From Monocercomonoides exilis PA203 (lineage: Eukaryota > Protista > Preaxostyla): a DNA stretch of 64,000 nt. The DNA lies in contig LSRY02000001.1 of assembly GCA_001643675.2 (NCBI GenBank), forward strand, positions 1,116,001-1,180,000. The letters run 5' to 3'. Positions 49,389 to 63,333 of the stretch are shown here, one piece after another. The notes under the pieces are model-generated. The model did not search any database, had not been told where the DNA came from, and was given only the letters and a program-made list of their open reading frames with translations. The position numbers were made by a program, and so were the translations under genes. Position 1 is the stretch's first letter, and the number at the start of each line of letters is the position of its first letter.

Positions 49389-51048
49389 ATATAATATAAC
49401 AAAATAATATATAAATTAATAAAAATAGTTATAATAATAAAATGTGTAAAAAAATAATAATAATGAAACACTTGCACAAATTATTTCAAAAATTATAACA
49501 GTTTATGATTTTCTTTATCATAATTTGCAAAAAATTCTTGAATTTCAGTTGATTACTTTTAGCATATTGCTTTATAATAATATTTATCGAATCAAAAAAT
49601 TTTGATAAAAATAATTTCAGAATGTGCTCATTTTGTCGGATAATGCTGAGCTTTCATCTTTCCAAACAAGCGAACAACATTCAAGAATATCACGTTGATG
49701 AACAGAAAATCATCAGAACAGGTTGTGGAGTTAATGAAACATATGTTTTTGCACACAAATTTTGTAAAGAAAACTTGCACAAAGATTCAAAGTATTTTTG
49801 ATGGTCTGTCAAAGAAGAATTCTTTGATAATAAATTCTTTGTTGCTTATCTTGAATTTTTCAACAAAGATACAGAAAATATTTATTCCTCTTTGTCTGGC
49901 CAGTCTGTACAACAAAGAAAAAAACTTGCACACTAAAGTTGCAATATTAAAGTGTATGTGCTTCGAATATTGTTTTTTCTAACTCCGCGAGCTTGGTTTT
50001 GAGTGCACGCTTGGAAATTACACTCATGCAAAACAAACCAAATTAGTAAGGTCTTTTGATATTTCCATTCCGGAAAAACCACCTACACCACCTTCGAAAT
50101 CTAGTTTGTTAATATATAACTATTTTTTTAAATATCTATTATTTCTTTCTCAGAACTGAGTCCACAAGATCAACAAAAATTTGAAGAGTTTCTGATTGAA
50201 AATTCCACAGAATCTTCTGAGTCAATATGCCGACTATCTACTTCAAAAAAAAAGTTTTATTGTTATTTTTTGTTTTTTTTTCTAATTTTTCTTTTTATTT
50301 TTCCTTTTCTTTTTTTATTTGAAATTATTAAGGTTCCTCACAAATTGTTGATGATAATTTCACGATTTTTAACTCAGATTTGAATATGAAATCTGACATT
50401 GAAACTTTTCGAAATTATTTCTCTCTGAATAATGCAACTTCACATGAAATATTTTATTAGTCAGAATCAAATCAGGAGATTGAAACTTCTGATGACAACC
50501 GAATTGAAATAGAACACACTTCAAATATTTTTGATGAACATCAAAATAACATTTATGTTAACTTTATCGCAGATTGATTTTGATGATGATTTTGATCTCG
50601 TATGATCAATTAAATGAATTAAAAATTTCAAAATTATCTGTGAATTCAATGATCATTGATGAGTTCAATGACAATAACTCGGTGCAAGACACAGCTTTCA
50701 ATGACACAAATAATTTGTGCATTTCAGATTCAGAATAAATAACACAAATTAAACAAACATATAAATGTGTTATTATGTTTTGAAAGTCGTAATTGATTAA
50801 TTCTTTTAAAAAAAAATAACTTTCATATCTCAATCAAATTTCTGTTCTCGGTCATTAATCAACACATAGATGTTTGCAATAGTATTATCAAGTGAAAGAT
50901 TTATTATATGTGAAGTTTCCATAATGAGAACAAAAACTTTATAAAAACTCTGTATTTTATTTTATATTTGAAAAATTATCATTTATTTCTTCTAAAAAAA
51001 TGAACTCACATGAATATTTCATCACAATCGCTTAAAGAATACAAGAAA

Positions 51049-51960
51049 CAGTCAAAACCGGATATAATCACATCGAATAAAATCACATTCGTTTATAGTC
51101 ACATTTTTCCATGCACCGACATTTTTGTCCAATTTTTCATTCATTTTCCATTGTATATTGTCACACGGCTGAAAATTTATAATCACATTTTGTTTCATTA
51201 TGTGTGGATTTTTCAATGAAAAATCTATTTTTTGATCAAAAATTTCGATTTTTTGATTTTTCAAAATTATGTTTTAATAAGTCTAAAAAACATAATGAAA
51301 CATTAAAAATTGTTATTTCTTCTGAAAAAAAGTGTATTTGTGTAGAATAATGAAAAAAATGGAAAAATTGACTCTTAATAAACAATAAAAATAATAAATA
51401 TATATTTTTTCTGTGAAAAGTCACATCGAATATAAACTCAATCGGAAACAGTCTCAAAAAGTTATACAAAAACCGATATGATTGAGTCCGGTTTTGATTG
51501 TATTTATAGTTTGAACCGGATATAATCACATTTGTTTCTGTACAACTTTTTGTGACTTTATCCGATTGTGATTTTTCACGATAATGCTTTGCACAGAAAA
51601 AAAAAATAAAAATTAATTTTTGAAAAAAATAAATTTGGGTCGTTTTTTTCATTTTTGGATATTCTACACAAATACACTTTTTTTCAGAAGAAATAACAAT
51701 TTTTAATGTTTCATTATGTTTTTTAGACTTATTAAAACATAATTTTGAAAAATCAAAAAATCGAAATTTTTGATCAAAAAATAGATTTTTCATTGAAAAA
51801 TCCACACATAATGAAACAAAATGTGATTATAAATTTTCAGCCGTGTGACAATATACAATGGAAAATGAATGAAAAATTGGACAAAAATGTCGGTGCATGG
51901 AAAAATGTGACTATAAACGAATGTGATTTTATTCGATGTGATTATATCCGGTTTTGACTG
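51049..51960. mobile_element. Foldback element, 912 bp: 301-bp inverted arms (51049-51349, 51660-51960) around a 310-bp spacer
   Basis: Arms are reverse complements by eye; ORFs 51052..51264(-) and 51745..51957(+) translate identically. CAGT...ACTG ends; TA on the right flank. Confidence 0.93.
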
Positions 51961-52399
51961 TATTTTTAAAAAAACTTGAAACAGTATTTCGAATTTTGAA
52001 CAATTGATTTAATAGATATTTATGTTTTTAATTTTTTTTTTCGTTGTTTTTCACAAGCATTTTGAGGAAAAATAGATTGAATCGTAATTTTCGATAATAA
52101 GAATAAAAATCATTTATATTATCAATTTCCTTCAAAAAAACAGCCTTCACTATTTTTTCGATTTTGAGTTATTCCTTTTTTTCAACAAATTAGAAAAATT
52201 TTAATCACCATATTGCTCTCTTATTCAAAACTTGTTTTGATATTTATCAACATAGGATTATTTTCCATTCAGAAAATGACCTCCGCGCAACGTGGAAATG
52301 TTTTTAAACATTTTGCAATAGGAAGATTATTCAATTATTGTGAAAAACACAAATCCAACAATTCTATTAAAATTTTTTGATTCATAAAATCATACAAAA

Positions 52400-53134
52400 G
52401 ATAAAAATTGAACTTATATTCCAAACAATGTTATCATTTCACTACGGTCTCTAGCAGCTTCAGGTTGGATCTCTCACAGGTCTTGGAGAAAAAATCACAG
52501 GGGATATTTATGAAATCTGCTAGCAAGCCTGTGACTCGGAATTCTACTCAAAAAAAGAAAAATTTGGATGTGTTGGAAAGGTTGTCGAATTGGATGAGTG
52601 TTTGTTGCGGAAAAGGAAGAATCATAGGTGCAGATCCTAAAAGCAGGTTTGGATATATGGTATCAATGAAAGAAATCCTTTAAGAAACAAAGCATTCTTT
52701 TTTTTTTTTGTGATAAAAAGAGACTCTTAAACTCAACTTAATATAATCGCAAAAACCATAGAGCCTGGGATAATGATATATTCAGATTGTTTGAAAGCCC
52801 ACTCATAATTGCCAGAGCTAGGTTTTGTGCACGAAACAGTTGATTATAGCAAGGAATTTTAAAATAAAACAACAAATTGTCACACTAATAACATTGAAGC
52901 GGTTTGAGGAAGTGCAAGAAGGTTTTCTTGACAAAATTGAACAAGCATGCTTCATATACAAATTCGTATATATGCATTTTTATTTTTGATAATCTCAAAA
53001 TATCCATTCAAGAGAAATTGGTTATTGAACAAGAAAATTTTTCGGATTTATTCGAAAATTCATTAAAAGAAGTTTATGATAATAGTGTAAATGAAATCGA
53101 AACAACTTCAAACTTCATTTCATTCATAGGATAA
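52400..53134 (+). mobile_element. Merlin transposase relic 8
   Basis: GCVGKVVELDECLLRKRKNHR, QVWIYG, EPGIMIYSDCLKAH, LGFVHETVDYSKEF, CHTNNIEA; many lesions. Confidence 0.75.
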
Positions 53135-53507
53135 AAAAACTCATATTATTTTTTTTTCTCAACAAAAAATGATTGTCATTATATTAATTATTTGAAAGAC
53201 TTTTTTCAAATTGTAACACAATAATTCAAATAAAATGAACATTTTTTTGAAACAATTTGTTGAATAAAAGGAGTTTAAAGAATTTTTGAAAATTTCTTTT
53301 ATAACACGGTATTTTACCAAAATGAACTGTTTTTCACAAATGTGTCATATTGATTATTCATATTTGTTTGTTATCAACAAAGAGTGAATGTTGTTTGTCA
53401 CTTATAACAATTATCAAATGAAATGTTTGATAGGAATTGTTTTCATATTTAACGTTAGATTGAAAATAGAGCATTCCCTTTATGTGAGTATTTTTTTAAA
53501 AATAAAT

Positions 53508-53747
53508 GTCTAAATTTTTATGTAAAGTTCCTTTTGTTAAATTTTCAGGTGAAAATGAAAATTAAATATTTTTATTGAAATTTTATTCCAACTCACAAAC
53601 TTTCACTAGTATGTAAATTATCACTTCGTCAAGATTTTGTTTTCATAACAGCGAAATTTGGTGAGTGGGAGAAGAAAATTGATAATAATATGAACTTTTC
53701 ATTTTTTTGAAAATTAAACTTAAGGAACTTCTCAAAATATTTCAGAC
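53508..53747. mobile_element. MITE family E copy (240 bp, AAAT TSD)
   Basis: GTC...GAC ends; AAAT on both flanks; homologous to 37652-37893. Confidence 0.75.
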
Positions 53748-54130
53748 AAATTGATATTTAATAATTATTTTTTTCGTCCGTTTCTTCTTTCTTTCTTTTT
53801 TTCTTTTTATTTTTGACTAATTCGAATTGAAACTTGTGATGATCTCAAAGAATTTTAGTGAAAACTCAACGTTGAAAAAAAATATTTTCGTTTATTTTTT
53901 AAGTTTGAAACTTTATTTTTTTCCGTTTTTGATTTTTTTTCGAGTTTCATATAAAATGCAAAAAAATAGGCAACTTTCAATTTGCAAAATTTGTTATCTT
54001 TTTTGTTCATTCAGTGTTTCTTTATTTTCAAAAACAAAACATTTATCATATCAAAATCATTTTTTTTTTTTAGTTATTTCATTAAACAATAATATTCTAA
54101 TGTTTATTCCCTTGTAACTTTTTCTTCTGG

Positions 54131-54760
54131 TTAAAATTCTGCAATTTTATTTATTAGGTCTTCAAAAGATAGTTTGAGAGAGGTTTTGGCTAGAAACATG
54201 GCAATATGATCCAAAATAAACTTCTTTCTTGTACCAAACCGTGGAAAAGATGACCTCAAATGTGACCACAATCCTTCTATCGTGTTCGTACATGCTCCAG
54301 TTTCCGGATTAACAAAGTTTCTTTTGCGGCAGACGGTTAAATGTTGATAACCCAGCTCCTCCAACGAAGCATACGCCTACCATTCGTCTGAGACAATGGT
54401 CGTTCCGGGCAAAATAAAATAAAAGTTTGAATCAACATAATTAATGCTTTCTTTGTTATATTAGGGATAATTGTCATTAATCATTTAACAGCTTGTCCTC
54501 CGTTATGATGCTCCACTCCTCTAAGTATCCAAATTGGTTTATTCACCTTCCTCTTCAATATTTTCTCTTCCACCAGACAGCTTCGTCAATTTCAACTGTT
54601 TTTCCAAAGCCTCCGATTGTTTGTTGTTAATCATCCCTCTTTTTAGTGCAACATACTCGTATAATGCTATTCCTAAAACCTTCCGTCTTTTTCACAAAAT
54701 TCCCAGCAAAGAAGAAATAGTTTTTATTGGAATTTTCAACAAATAATACAAGCAGATTGA
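54131..54760 (-). mobile_element. Merlin transposase relic 9
   Basis: IGGFGKTVEIDEAVW, LPGTTIVSDEW.AY, LGYQHLTVC.KRNFVNPETGACTNTIEGLWSHLRSSFPRFG. Confidence 0.88.
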
Positions 54761-57700
54761 TAAAGTTGAGGTATATAAAATATTCATTATTGCAAATGCA
54801 AAAGTTTTTTTTTGAAAAGTTTTTAATGAAAAAAAACATAAATATGAAAATTTTCCAATAAAATATTTTTTTTATGAAAAAGGATTATGAACATTGCAAT
54901 GTACAAAATTGAATATTTATTAAAACATTTGGAAGATTTGGAAAATATAAGAATAAGAATAAAAGTGAAATATCTTATTTTGAATTTCATGATTGTTGCA
55001 TTCCACAATATTGATATTAATTAGTTAGTCTCTATTCCTTCTTTGTATTTTTTTCTCGTTATGAAACAACTCATCATATTTAAAAAGAACTGAATTCTAA
55101 TATTCTTTTCACATTTCCATTTAAAATCTTTTTGATCGTTTTAATAACAATGCGAATTGAACAAATTTTTTTCTTTTTCCATTTCGTTTTTTAGCCCTTT
55201 AAAAAATAAAAACATTTAAAAATTCATTCACGTTTAACTGCAAGAAATAGTTGTCATTTTTTCTTTTTTGACATCAAATTTTTCATCTGACGTGGAATGA
55301 ATTCAAACTCATTTTATTGAAAATTGAGACTTCGTAAGAATTGTGAAAATTTCATATCTTTTCTTCAATTCTACAAAATAATTCAAATATTTTTTTTTGT
55401 GCAATCATTTAATTTATTTTATTCACACAAAATCATTATGATCTAACATTTCCACAAAATATCAAAAAATGGAGTTATTTTTTATTTGTTAAAAAAAAGA
55501 ATAGTTTTTGAAAAGTTATTTTTTGAACATCAGTTTTTTTTTTTTTTTTTTTTTGAATGGATTATTTACTGAACATTGCACATAAAAGAAATATCATATC
55601 AATAAAATGAAGCATTATTCTATAATTCCAAACAAAAAGAGAGGAACAAACTTTTTTATCAATTAAACTATTTTCATAACAATAATTGTTTTAATTCAAT
55701 AAATTTATTGTTTTTCTTTTATTAATAAAATCCATGAAATACAAAATTTTTACCAACATTATTCATATTGCTAATTTTCAAATTTGATGCTGTAAATATC
55801 CGATAATTAAAAAACATTTTTTCCGCTATATTGATTACATCAAGTTTGTGTTTTTGTCCAATTCTTGGAAAGGCAAAAGGAGGAAGCATTCCTTCAAGTT
55901 TTCTCAGACAAATCAGTGAATGTCAGATTCAAAATGCTGAAGCTTGCGTTTGCCCATACGATGTGAGCAATGGAATTTTTATCCCTGAATTCAAAAATTA
56001 TTAAGTGGAGTGACATAGTTTTCGATAATTGTTTAAATATGATATTCAAGTCTTTTCACTGTTATATGCAACAGAAAAGAATCGATTTATCTTGTTTCGC
56101 ATGGCCTCTGCTTTCAATAAAGAGGAAAACCTTCACACTAATGTTACTCTTTTAAAGTCACTTTGCAAAGAACATTGTCTTTTTCATTGATTGATTCGGG
56201 ATTCGCATGCTTTCATGGATGTTACAATCATGCAAAAAGTGACAGGTCATTCACATCGTTTGCATTTAAAATTCCTCCGGAATCAAGATTTTCAGCATGT
56301 GGACAAAATTTGTTCAATAATTATAAACATTTTTTTAAAAACGAATATCTGATATATATTCTTTTACTATTAATTTTCTCCAAAGAAAATTGGATACAGA
56401 GAATAAGAAAATTATCAACGAATTTGTACATGAAAATTCAACAGAATCATTGAAATTAACTTCAATTTGAAATACACTGTGACAGATTGTATTTAAAAAA
56501 TCTTAATATTTTATTTGAAGATTGTTGAATTGAAAAATTCTCGATGCTTCAATTGAACAAGAATTTGATTTTTGTGTCATCAACTTCTGTAAGAAAATGG
56601 ATAAATTCAAATATTTTCTTCAACAAAATTTCTAAAATGCACACATTTCTAATAAAGGATTATTATCCTTCGAATTCCAGGAAATACACAAAGAAATGAA
56701 AATTGTCATGAAGGATATTGACAAAAATATTCTGCTTTTCGAAATCACGAATGAAGCGGAAGAGGACAGTTTTATTGAATCGAAAATAAACTTGTTTAAT
56801 ACAGAATTTATTTCCCAATTCAATATTGAACAAAATTCATTCTTTTAGAATAGCAATGAAATACAGAGCTTTGATGGAAACAGAAGATCCTCCATGGATA
56901 ATTGAAAATGTTTTGCGACAGCATATGGTTCAGATTAAAAAATAACTTTGTTAACAATACAGTTCAATTGTTAGACAGTTTCAAAAATTCATCCCATCGT
57001 TTTAACTTCTTTGACAAATATTGGAAACTTTTTTTATTTTGCTGCAATGCTGTAAGTTTTCAGTTCAATACATTAGCACTTTATTCAATTTTGTTCTCGA
57101 ATAGGGAGGATTTCGAACCATTCACAGCGTTTGATGGAAATTATACAGACTTTATTTTTTTCGGTTAGCATCCACAATAACAATTTCACATAACATTCGT
57201 CATTCACTTTCTTCAGAGAAAAAGAAAAAAGATATAGATTGCAGAAGGTGAGGGATAGAATTGCTAAGATATTTTTACCAATTTGTATTAGGATCTTTTA
57301 TCAATAACTCATAAAATTTTCAACCTAACTTCCAGTGAGTTTTGAACATAGAAAATGCAAAGAATGAAGAAGAATTGAGTTTGGACTGATTGAATTAACT
57401 CCTTTGACTCGACGAAGCGGGAGTGATGTTATCTCAATATTCAACGAGTCATTTTCCTTAAGTAAAAATGTTTTTTTCAACACCAGAAAAGCTATTAGTT
57501 TGGTAGGCAATAAAAATACTTATCTATTTTCAGTGAAAAAAATCAATCGATTTCTTTGAATAATGAACATCTCTCATGAATCGCTTGTTTATTTCTTTGA
57601 GAATAATCACAACATTCCAGTTCAGTTATTGTTTTAAGGATATGAAGGAATTATTATTGCTAATCCTTATCTTTCAGAGATAATTCACAATTGGAAATGA

Positions 57701-58464
57701 ATTTATTTGTTGTTTCATGATTATTCCTATGGCAATTGACGTTACACTTCTTCTGGGTGAAATTCATATGATTCAATTTTCAACAATGCCTTTTCTGTGG
57801 ATCAAACAACAACAACAGATTTCAATTAGGAACAGTTCATTGTTCATGAAATTATTTCTTCAGCACAATTTACACATTCAAAAAAAAGAGAGACCTTTTA
57901 TTTGTTTCATCAAACACTTAATTGGAAAAGACAAATGAAACTACCAGTTTCCACAAAGCATCAGTTTCAAAAATCAATTCACTAATCACTTGGAAGATTT
58001 AACTTTCTTTCAAACAAGAAAACATTAGGTGCGCATTGCAAACTCAAAAAATGCCCTATTGCATTCATTGCTTTTGGAAACAATAATAGTTGAAACACCA
58101 AAAAGGTTGTTTATTATTTTAAAGCAAAACATCTCAAGAGGGCAACTCGGGTGAAATGTTCAATTGTCTGTAGCCAAAAGAAGATTGTTTGAAGTCAAAT
58201 TCTCAGACTTAAAATGATCAAGAAATTCAAACTGAATTTTTTTGAGAATCATCATGTGCTCGCAAAAAATCAACATCAGTATTTTAATCTTTTCAAAATT
58301 GATTAATTACAACAAAATTTTTTGAAATTTCTTTATATTTTGTTAATTCAGACAATAAATAAACAATAATCCTTTTTTATTTTTTGTCACTTTCAACTTT
58401 TGAACTGATCGATTGTTGGGATATTCTCCGGAAAACATAATAAGAAAGAAGGATATGGAAATAT

Positions 58465-58703
58465 GGGTTATTCTTTTTGCAAAAACGCAATTGTTAAATT
58501 ATTATATTAATCAAATATTTCATATCATAATCAAATTTCCGTTTCCACTCATAAATCTTCTTTAGAATATCTGATATAGCATTATCTAGAAATAGATTCC
58601 ATATAAGGAAAGTTTGGTGTATGTCAACAAAAATTTGAGCAAAATAAAAAATTTTTGATTTATTTGAAAATTAAACATTTGCGACTTTTAAAAAAAATTA
58701 CCC
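58465..58703. mobile_element. MITE family A copy (239 bp, diverged)
   Basis: GGGTTATTCTTTTTGCAAAAACGCAA / TTGCGACTTTTAAAAAAAATTACCC; interior similar to the 49150 copy. Confidence 0.7.
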
Positions 58704-60936
58704 TATATCTAATATTTTATCTTCCAATTTGTTGCAAAAGCTCTCCTCATTGCATTCGAAGAAATAAGTTTTTAACACTTTAATAATTTTTTTCATTCGA
58801 AGAAGAAAAAAGAAAAGCTTAACAGATACAATTTTAATATTGTACCACCATCAATCTTGCTCATTTAAAAAAAATCTATTTATATTAAGAGATGAATCTC
58901 AAGATAAAAAAAAAGGAAAAAGAAAGCAAAAACAGAAAATTTCGAACAATGATAAAAAAGGAATTTTATTGACAAATAAACGAATTGTGTTTTCAAAACA
59001 TTTTGAAAACATGGTTATTGTTTTTCAAAGTTGTAAAACTGCAGTTGCATAGAAGATACATAAATATTTTGCTTTTTTACAAAAAAATAATATTCCAAAT
59101 TCAAACAACAAATTTAATCCTTTTTTTAATACAAATAAAACAATTAAGATTAACACACGGAAATATTTATTTGAAAAATCTTTATGGAAAATAAACCATC
59201 ATAATAATTTGGATAACAGGAGTAAGAAAGAATTCATCAAATGAACTTCCATATTTTGTTCATCAATATTAATAACGAAATTAAAATTGAATTCACATAA
59301 CATATTTCGAATAGAAAGTTTATTAAAACTTTTTAAAATTTAACATCTGCAACATTAAAAATAATATATATATAAATATACAAAATAATCACATTATAAC
59401 ACGTTCTCTTTTCTTGTAAATATTAAAAAATATTCATCGAGCAAAACTGCTGATATCTTCTTTTTTGGAGTATTTATTTTTTCGAAAGACAAATAATTAA
59501 ATTATAAACTCAACGTCAAAAATATCAAACAGTAATTTTTTTAATTATTGAGCTCATCAAGCAAGAAGCACAATACAAATAAAATCGATATCATACAGAA
59601 CTATTCACTAAAGAAATTGTTGAATGTTTGCAGAAAGAAAATCATTTTGAAAATTTACTTGAAATATTAAACAATCTTTTCTCCCAAGTTGTTGCAGAAC
59701 TTGTAAAATAATTTTCACATTTAATAAGTTCTGACCAAATAAAACAATCTCATTTGTTAGTGAAAATAACGAAAAAAATTTCAAGATGTTATATTGTTTA
59801 TTTACATGTGAGAATGTGACTTTGATAACATTTTTACTTTTTTTTTGTGAATGATATGAAAATTGTTATTCAAATACTTGCAATTTTTGAATTATCAGAA
59901 AACTTAATCGAAATTTGCTGAATATTGTTTTTTAATAATGCTATTTGTTCCTATTTTTTTGAATTTTCAAAAGGTTCATCCTTTAACATCCAAAAATGAA
60001 TTGAACTCATTTTCAAATCAACTGTCGAATATTTTTTAACATAAATAAAAATAATGTTTTTAATTTTTGATATTTCCATTCTATTATCAAAATTTCATGC
60101 AACAAAAAATGGAACAGCAAGCTTTTTCCTTGTGGTAATTCAGAAGAAAGCATTTTTATTTTCATTTTTTCATATTTGTGGATGATTTTCAAATACATAA
60201 TCGACTTTTAAAAATTTATTATCTTTTTTATCAAACAAAATTCAAATATTTTCTGGGAAATGATATATAATGATTTTATTGATGATTTTCAGTTGACCGA
60301 AGTCTTGAAGCAACAAAATTTCATAATTTCAGTGAAAAAATAATAATTTTATTGAAATTTAGATAATTGATTACTGATTATTCATCACATATAATTGAAA
60401 AATGAAATAATTTGGATAATATGTTTGTAATAGCAACAGGATAGTGATAACTATATCTGAGACATTTTGAAAAGTGAAATAACAAAGATAATTTAGATAA
60501 GATGCTGTCAAAATCGAATGTGATATCATTGTCAATAATAATATTGTTTTGAATCACATTTTTTGTTTGCGAAACCATTATAAAACTTTTTTATTCATTT
60601 CTTATCGCATTAATCACATGGAGAAATATATGTTATCAATTTATTTTCACATTATGTGTATATTTTTAATGAAATATTAATTTTCTGATTAACAAAACTT
60701 ATTTTAGAAATTATTTCATAAATATGTTTTTCTAAAATCTTTAATAAAAATAATGTCGCAAAAAACCTTTATAGCATGTGGAAAATGAGTGTTTGTGAAG
60801 AATTTCAAACAAAGAAAATTATTTATAAAGATATATTTCTTTTCACAAAGTTTTTTGTTTTTCTGCATCTTGAGGCATCACATAAATCACAATCATGTAT
60901 TCTCACAATTAGCAATGAATAACCAGATGTAGATGT

Positions 60937-61208
60937 GTGTGATAATTTTTGAAACCATAACTTATTTCGGGGTGTTAATTATTGAAATTTATTATTTCTT
61001 GGAAGGTGAATTTTATTTTTGAAGCAGAAAAAAAAAATTATAATAAAAACTTAATAAATGTTTGAACAGATGAAATTTGAGAACATATTTGAGATAAAAC
61101 AATTTTTTGAACAGATAAAACTTTTCAATATCGATTAATCAGTATTTGAAGTGAATTCTTCAATCGAAACTTTTGATTGAAAAAATATAGATATAAAAAT
61201 AATCTCCT
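60937..61208. mobile_element. Degenerate MITE family B copy, reversed orientation
   Basis: gtgtgataatttttgaaaccataacttatttcggggtgt is the near reverse complement of the right ends at 34796-34834 and 40245-40284. Confidence 0.55.
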
Positions 61209-61449
61209 TCTATCCGATTTTCATCGTTCTTCTAATATTTTGTATCGATATTATCCCTATCAGATAATTATTAAAACAACACATCTTCTTATGCAGTGAG
61301 AGAAGAATTATCATCTCCATTGGATTTCTTGAATTCTTCGTCATTATATTCGATCGGAGTTCCAACTTTTTTATTTTCCACATATTAATAAAAAACAATC
61401 AATTCATAAATTCTGAAATTTCAATTGTTTTCCATTTTTTCAAATATAT

Positions 61450-62258
61450 ATTGCAATTATATCGTCGATATATCTATTTTTTTATTCCACACGAAGGGAG
61501 AAATTTCCGAAATTCACTCCAAACAGCTTCAACAGTATTTGAACACACACTTTTTCAGATTTGTATCTGTATTAATGTCATTCAGTGTGATGATTGAATC
61601 CAAATGTTTTTCATGAAGCGAAAGCATTCCATTCGTCGGAGTAAATTGTGGAACCTGGAGTTATGTTTGTCATTATTGTTGAGAATAATTGTTCTTTTTT
61701 TCTGTTCTTAACTCCAATAATAATGGAATTACCTTTATCTCCAACTGTTTTCATTTCTTTGACGCTGAAAAACCAAACTTGCTTTTTTCTTCTTCCATGG
61801 TGATATTTTCTTCGTCTGAGCAGCATATCATCGATTTCGACGATCTGTCCATCTTTTCCAAGCTGTTCAAAATTTTGACACAGGTTTGTAACTCGTTCTT
61901 GTAGTGATAAATTCATGTTATATGAAACTGTGTCTTTATTGACATTAAGCAACATACAAATATGCTTATTTTTTAATCGAATGAATATGAAGGCAGCAAA
62001 AGTAATAATTTCGAAATTCCCAATCTGGAATTTTTCATATGCGTATTTGCGAACACTGTTTTTCTTGATTTGCAATTCGGACACCTAAAAATTCTATCTT
62101 GAACAGAATCCTTTGTGAAATACATTATTGATCCGCACTTCTCGCACTCCATCTTTTTGTCCGATAACACAGACATCATTAACCAATCTCAACAATTTTC
62201 CTCATTTTGAAACAATGTTAAATAAGAAGAGGTTTCACTTTTTTCCTCGATTTTTCAT
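61450..62258 (-). mobile_element. Merlin transposase relic 10
   Basis: CEKCG..FRCPNCKSRKTVFANT, GKDGQIVEIDDMLLRRRKYHHGRRKKQVWFF, ITPGSTIYSDEWNAF, CVFKYC.SCLE. Confidence 0.85.
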
Positions 62259-62782
62259 TTGATTGAAATAATCACTATCACTTGTGTGGAAATTGTTTCT
62301 GTTAATTCTCGATAATATAATAGAGAAATTGATCCGAATTTTTGAGGCTGTTAATTTGCAACAATCAATAAAAAAATATCAATCAATATTCATTTAACAT
62401 TGTCTTTTTTTTCAATGATAAAAAACGATAAATACAAAAAATATTATAAAAACATAGGCATTATTGAATTTTTTTCTTTAAGAAATTTTTGATTTTTTTT
62501 TAATCAAGAGTGAAGGAAATACGGAAATAGAATACTGTTAAAGATTCACACCCACAAGATCTTAATATTCGATAAATGCACAATGAAAAATTTGTCCATC
62601 CTATTTCAAAAGAAAAGATTGCGAAAAAATTGTGAAGTTGTTAATTAAATAAAAATGAAAACCTTTTCAACATTTTTTAAATTAACAGTTTCTGAATCAC
62701 TTCATTTTCAACTTAAAAATAAACACTGTTCAAACAGTTAATAATTGAATTTTTTTGTTCTGGAACTTTTTTTCTTTCATTT

Positions 62783-63050
62783 AAAACAAAATATTTGACT
62801 TTATGCATTTTCATTGAAAAATTATGCTTTTTTTTTAACTATTTGTGATTAAAAAATAGGAAACAAATGGGCTTATATTTTGAAATTCGTTTTATGAAAC
62901 GAAACATAATGTTGTTGTATCAATGATGTTTTTTTCCAGATAAAAAAAATCAAATTTTTTTTGAAATCTGAGAAAGTTTAATTATGTTATTAGAAAAATA
63001 ATTTTTCAATACTTTATGCATTAAAAGCTTGAAAACCCGAAATTTCCCCC
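62783..63050. mobile_element. MITE family D copy (268 bp, ATTT TSD)
   Basis: Right end gcttgaaaacccgaaatttccccc; interior matches family D; ATTT on both flanks. Confidence 0.7.
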
Positions 63051-63333
63051 ATTTGTTCATTTTTTCACAATCACAGTCACATGAAAACACTCGTAAAATT
63101 ATATAATTTAATTTTTATCTTTTATTATTAGATATATTTCATATGGATGATTTGCAATCCTTGGCAATTATTTTGATTTTTCAAAAAAAAAAAGAATCAA
63201 TATTAAAAATATTTTTGTAAAAAATTGTGAAAATGAATTTTTCAAACGAACGTATTAATAATGACAAAGATAAAGATTAAAGTAATATGCAATAAATATT
63301 ATCAAAACACCTGGAAAACAGTTCACATAAATG

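Noticed and set aside
51052-51957. Two identical 70-aa ORFs and a 189-aa ORF as real genes
   Set aside because: They are by-products of the inverted arms; the sequence is low-complexity AT-rich with no domain.
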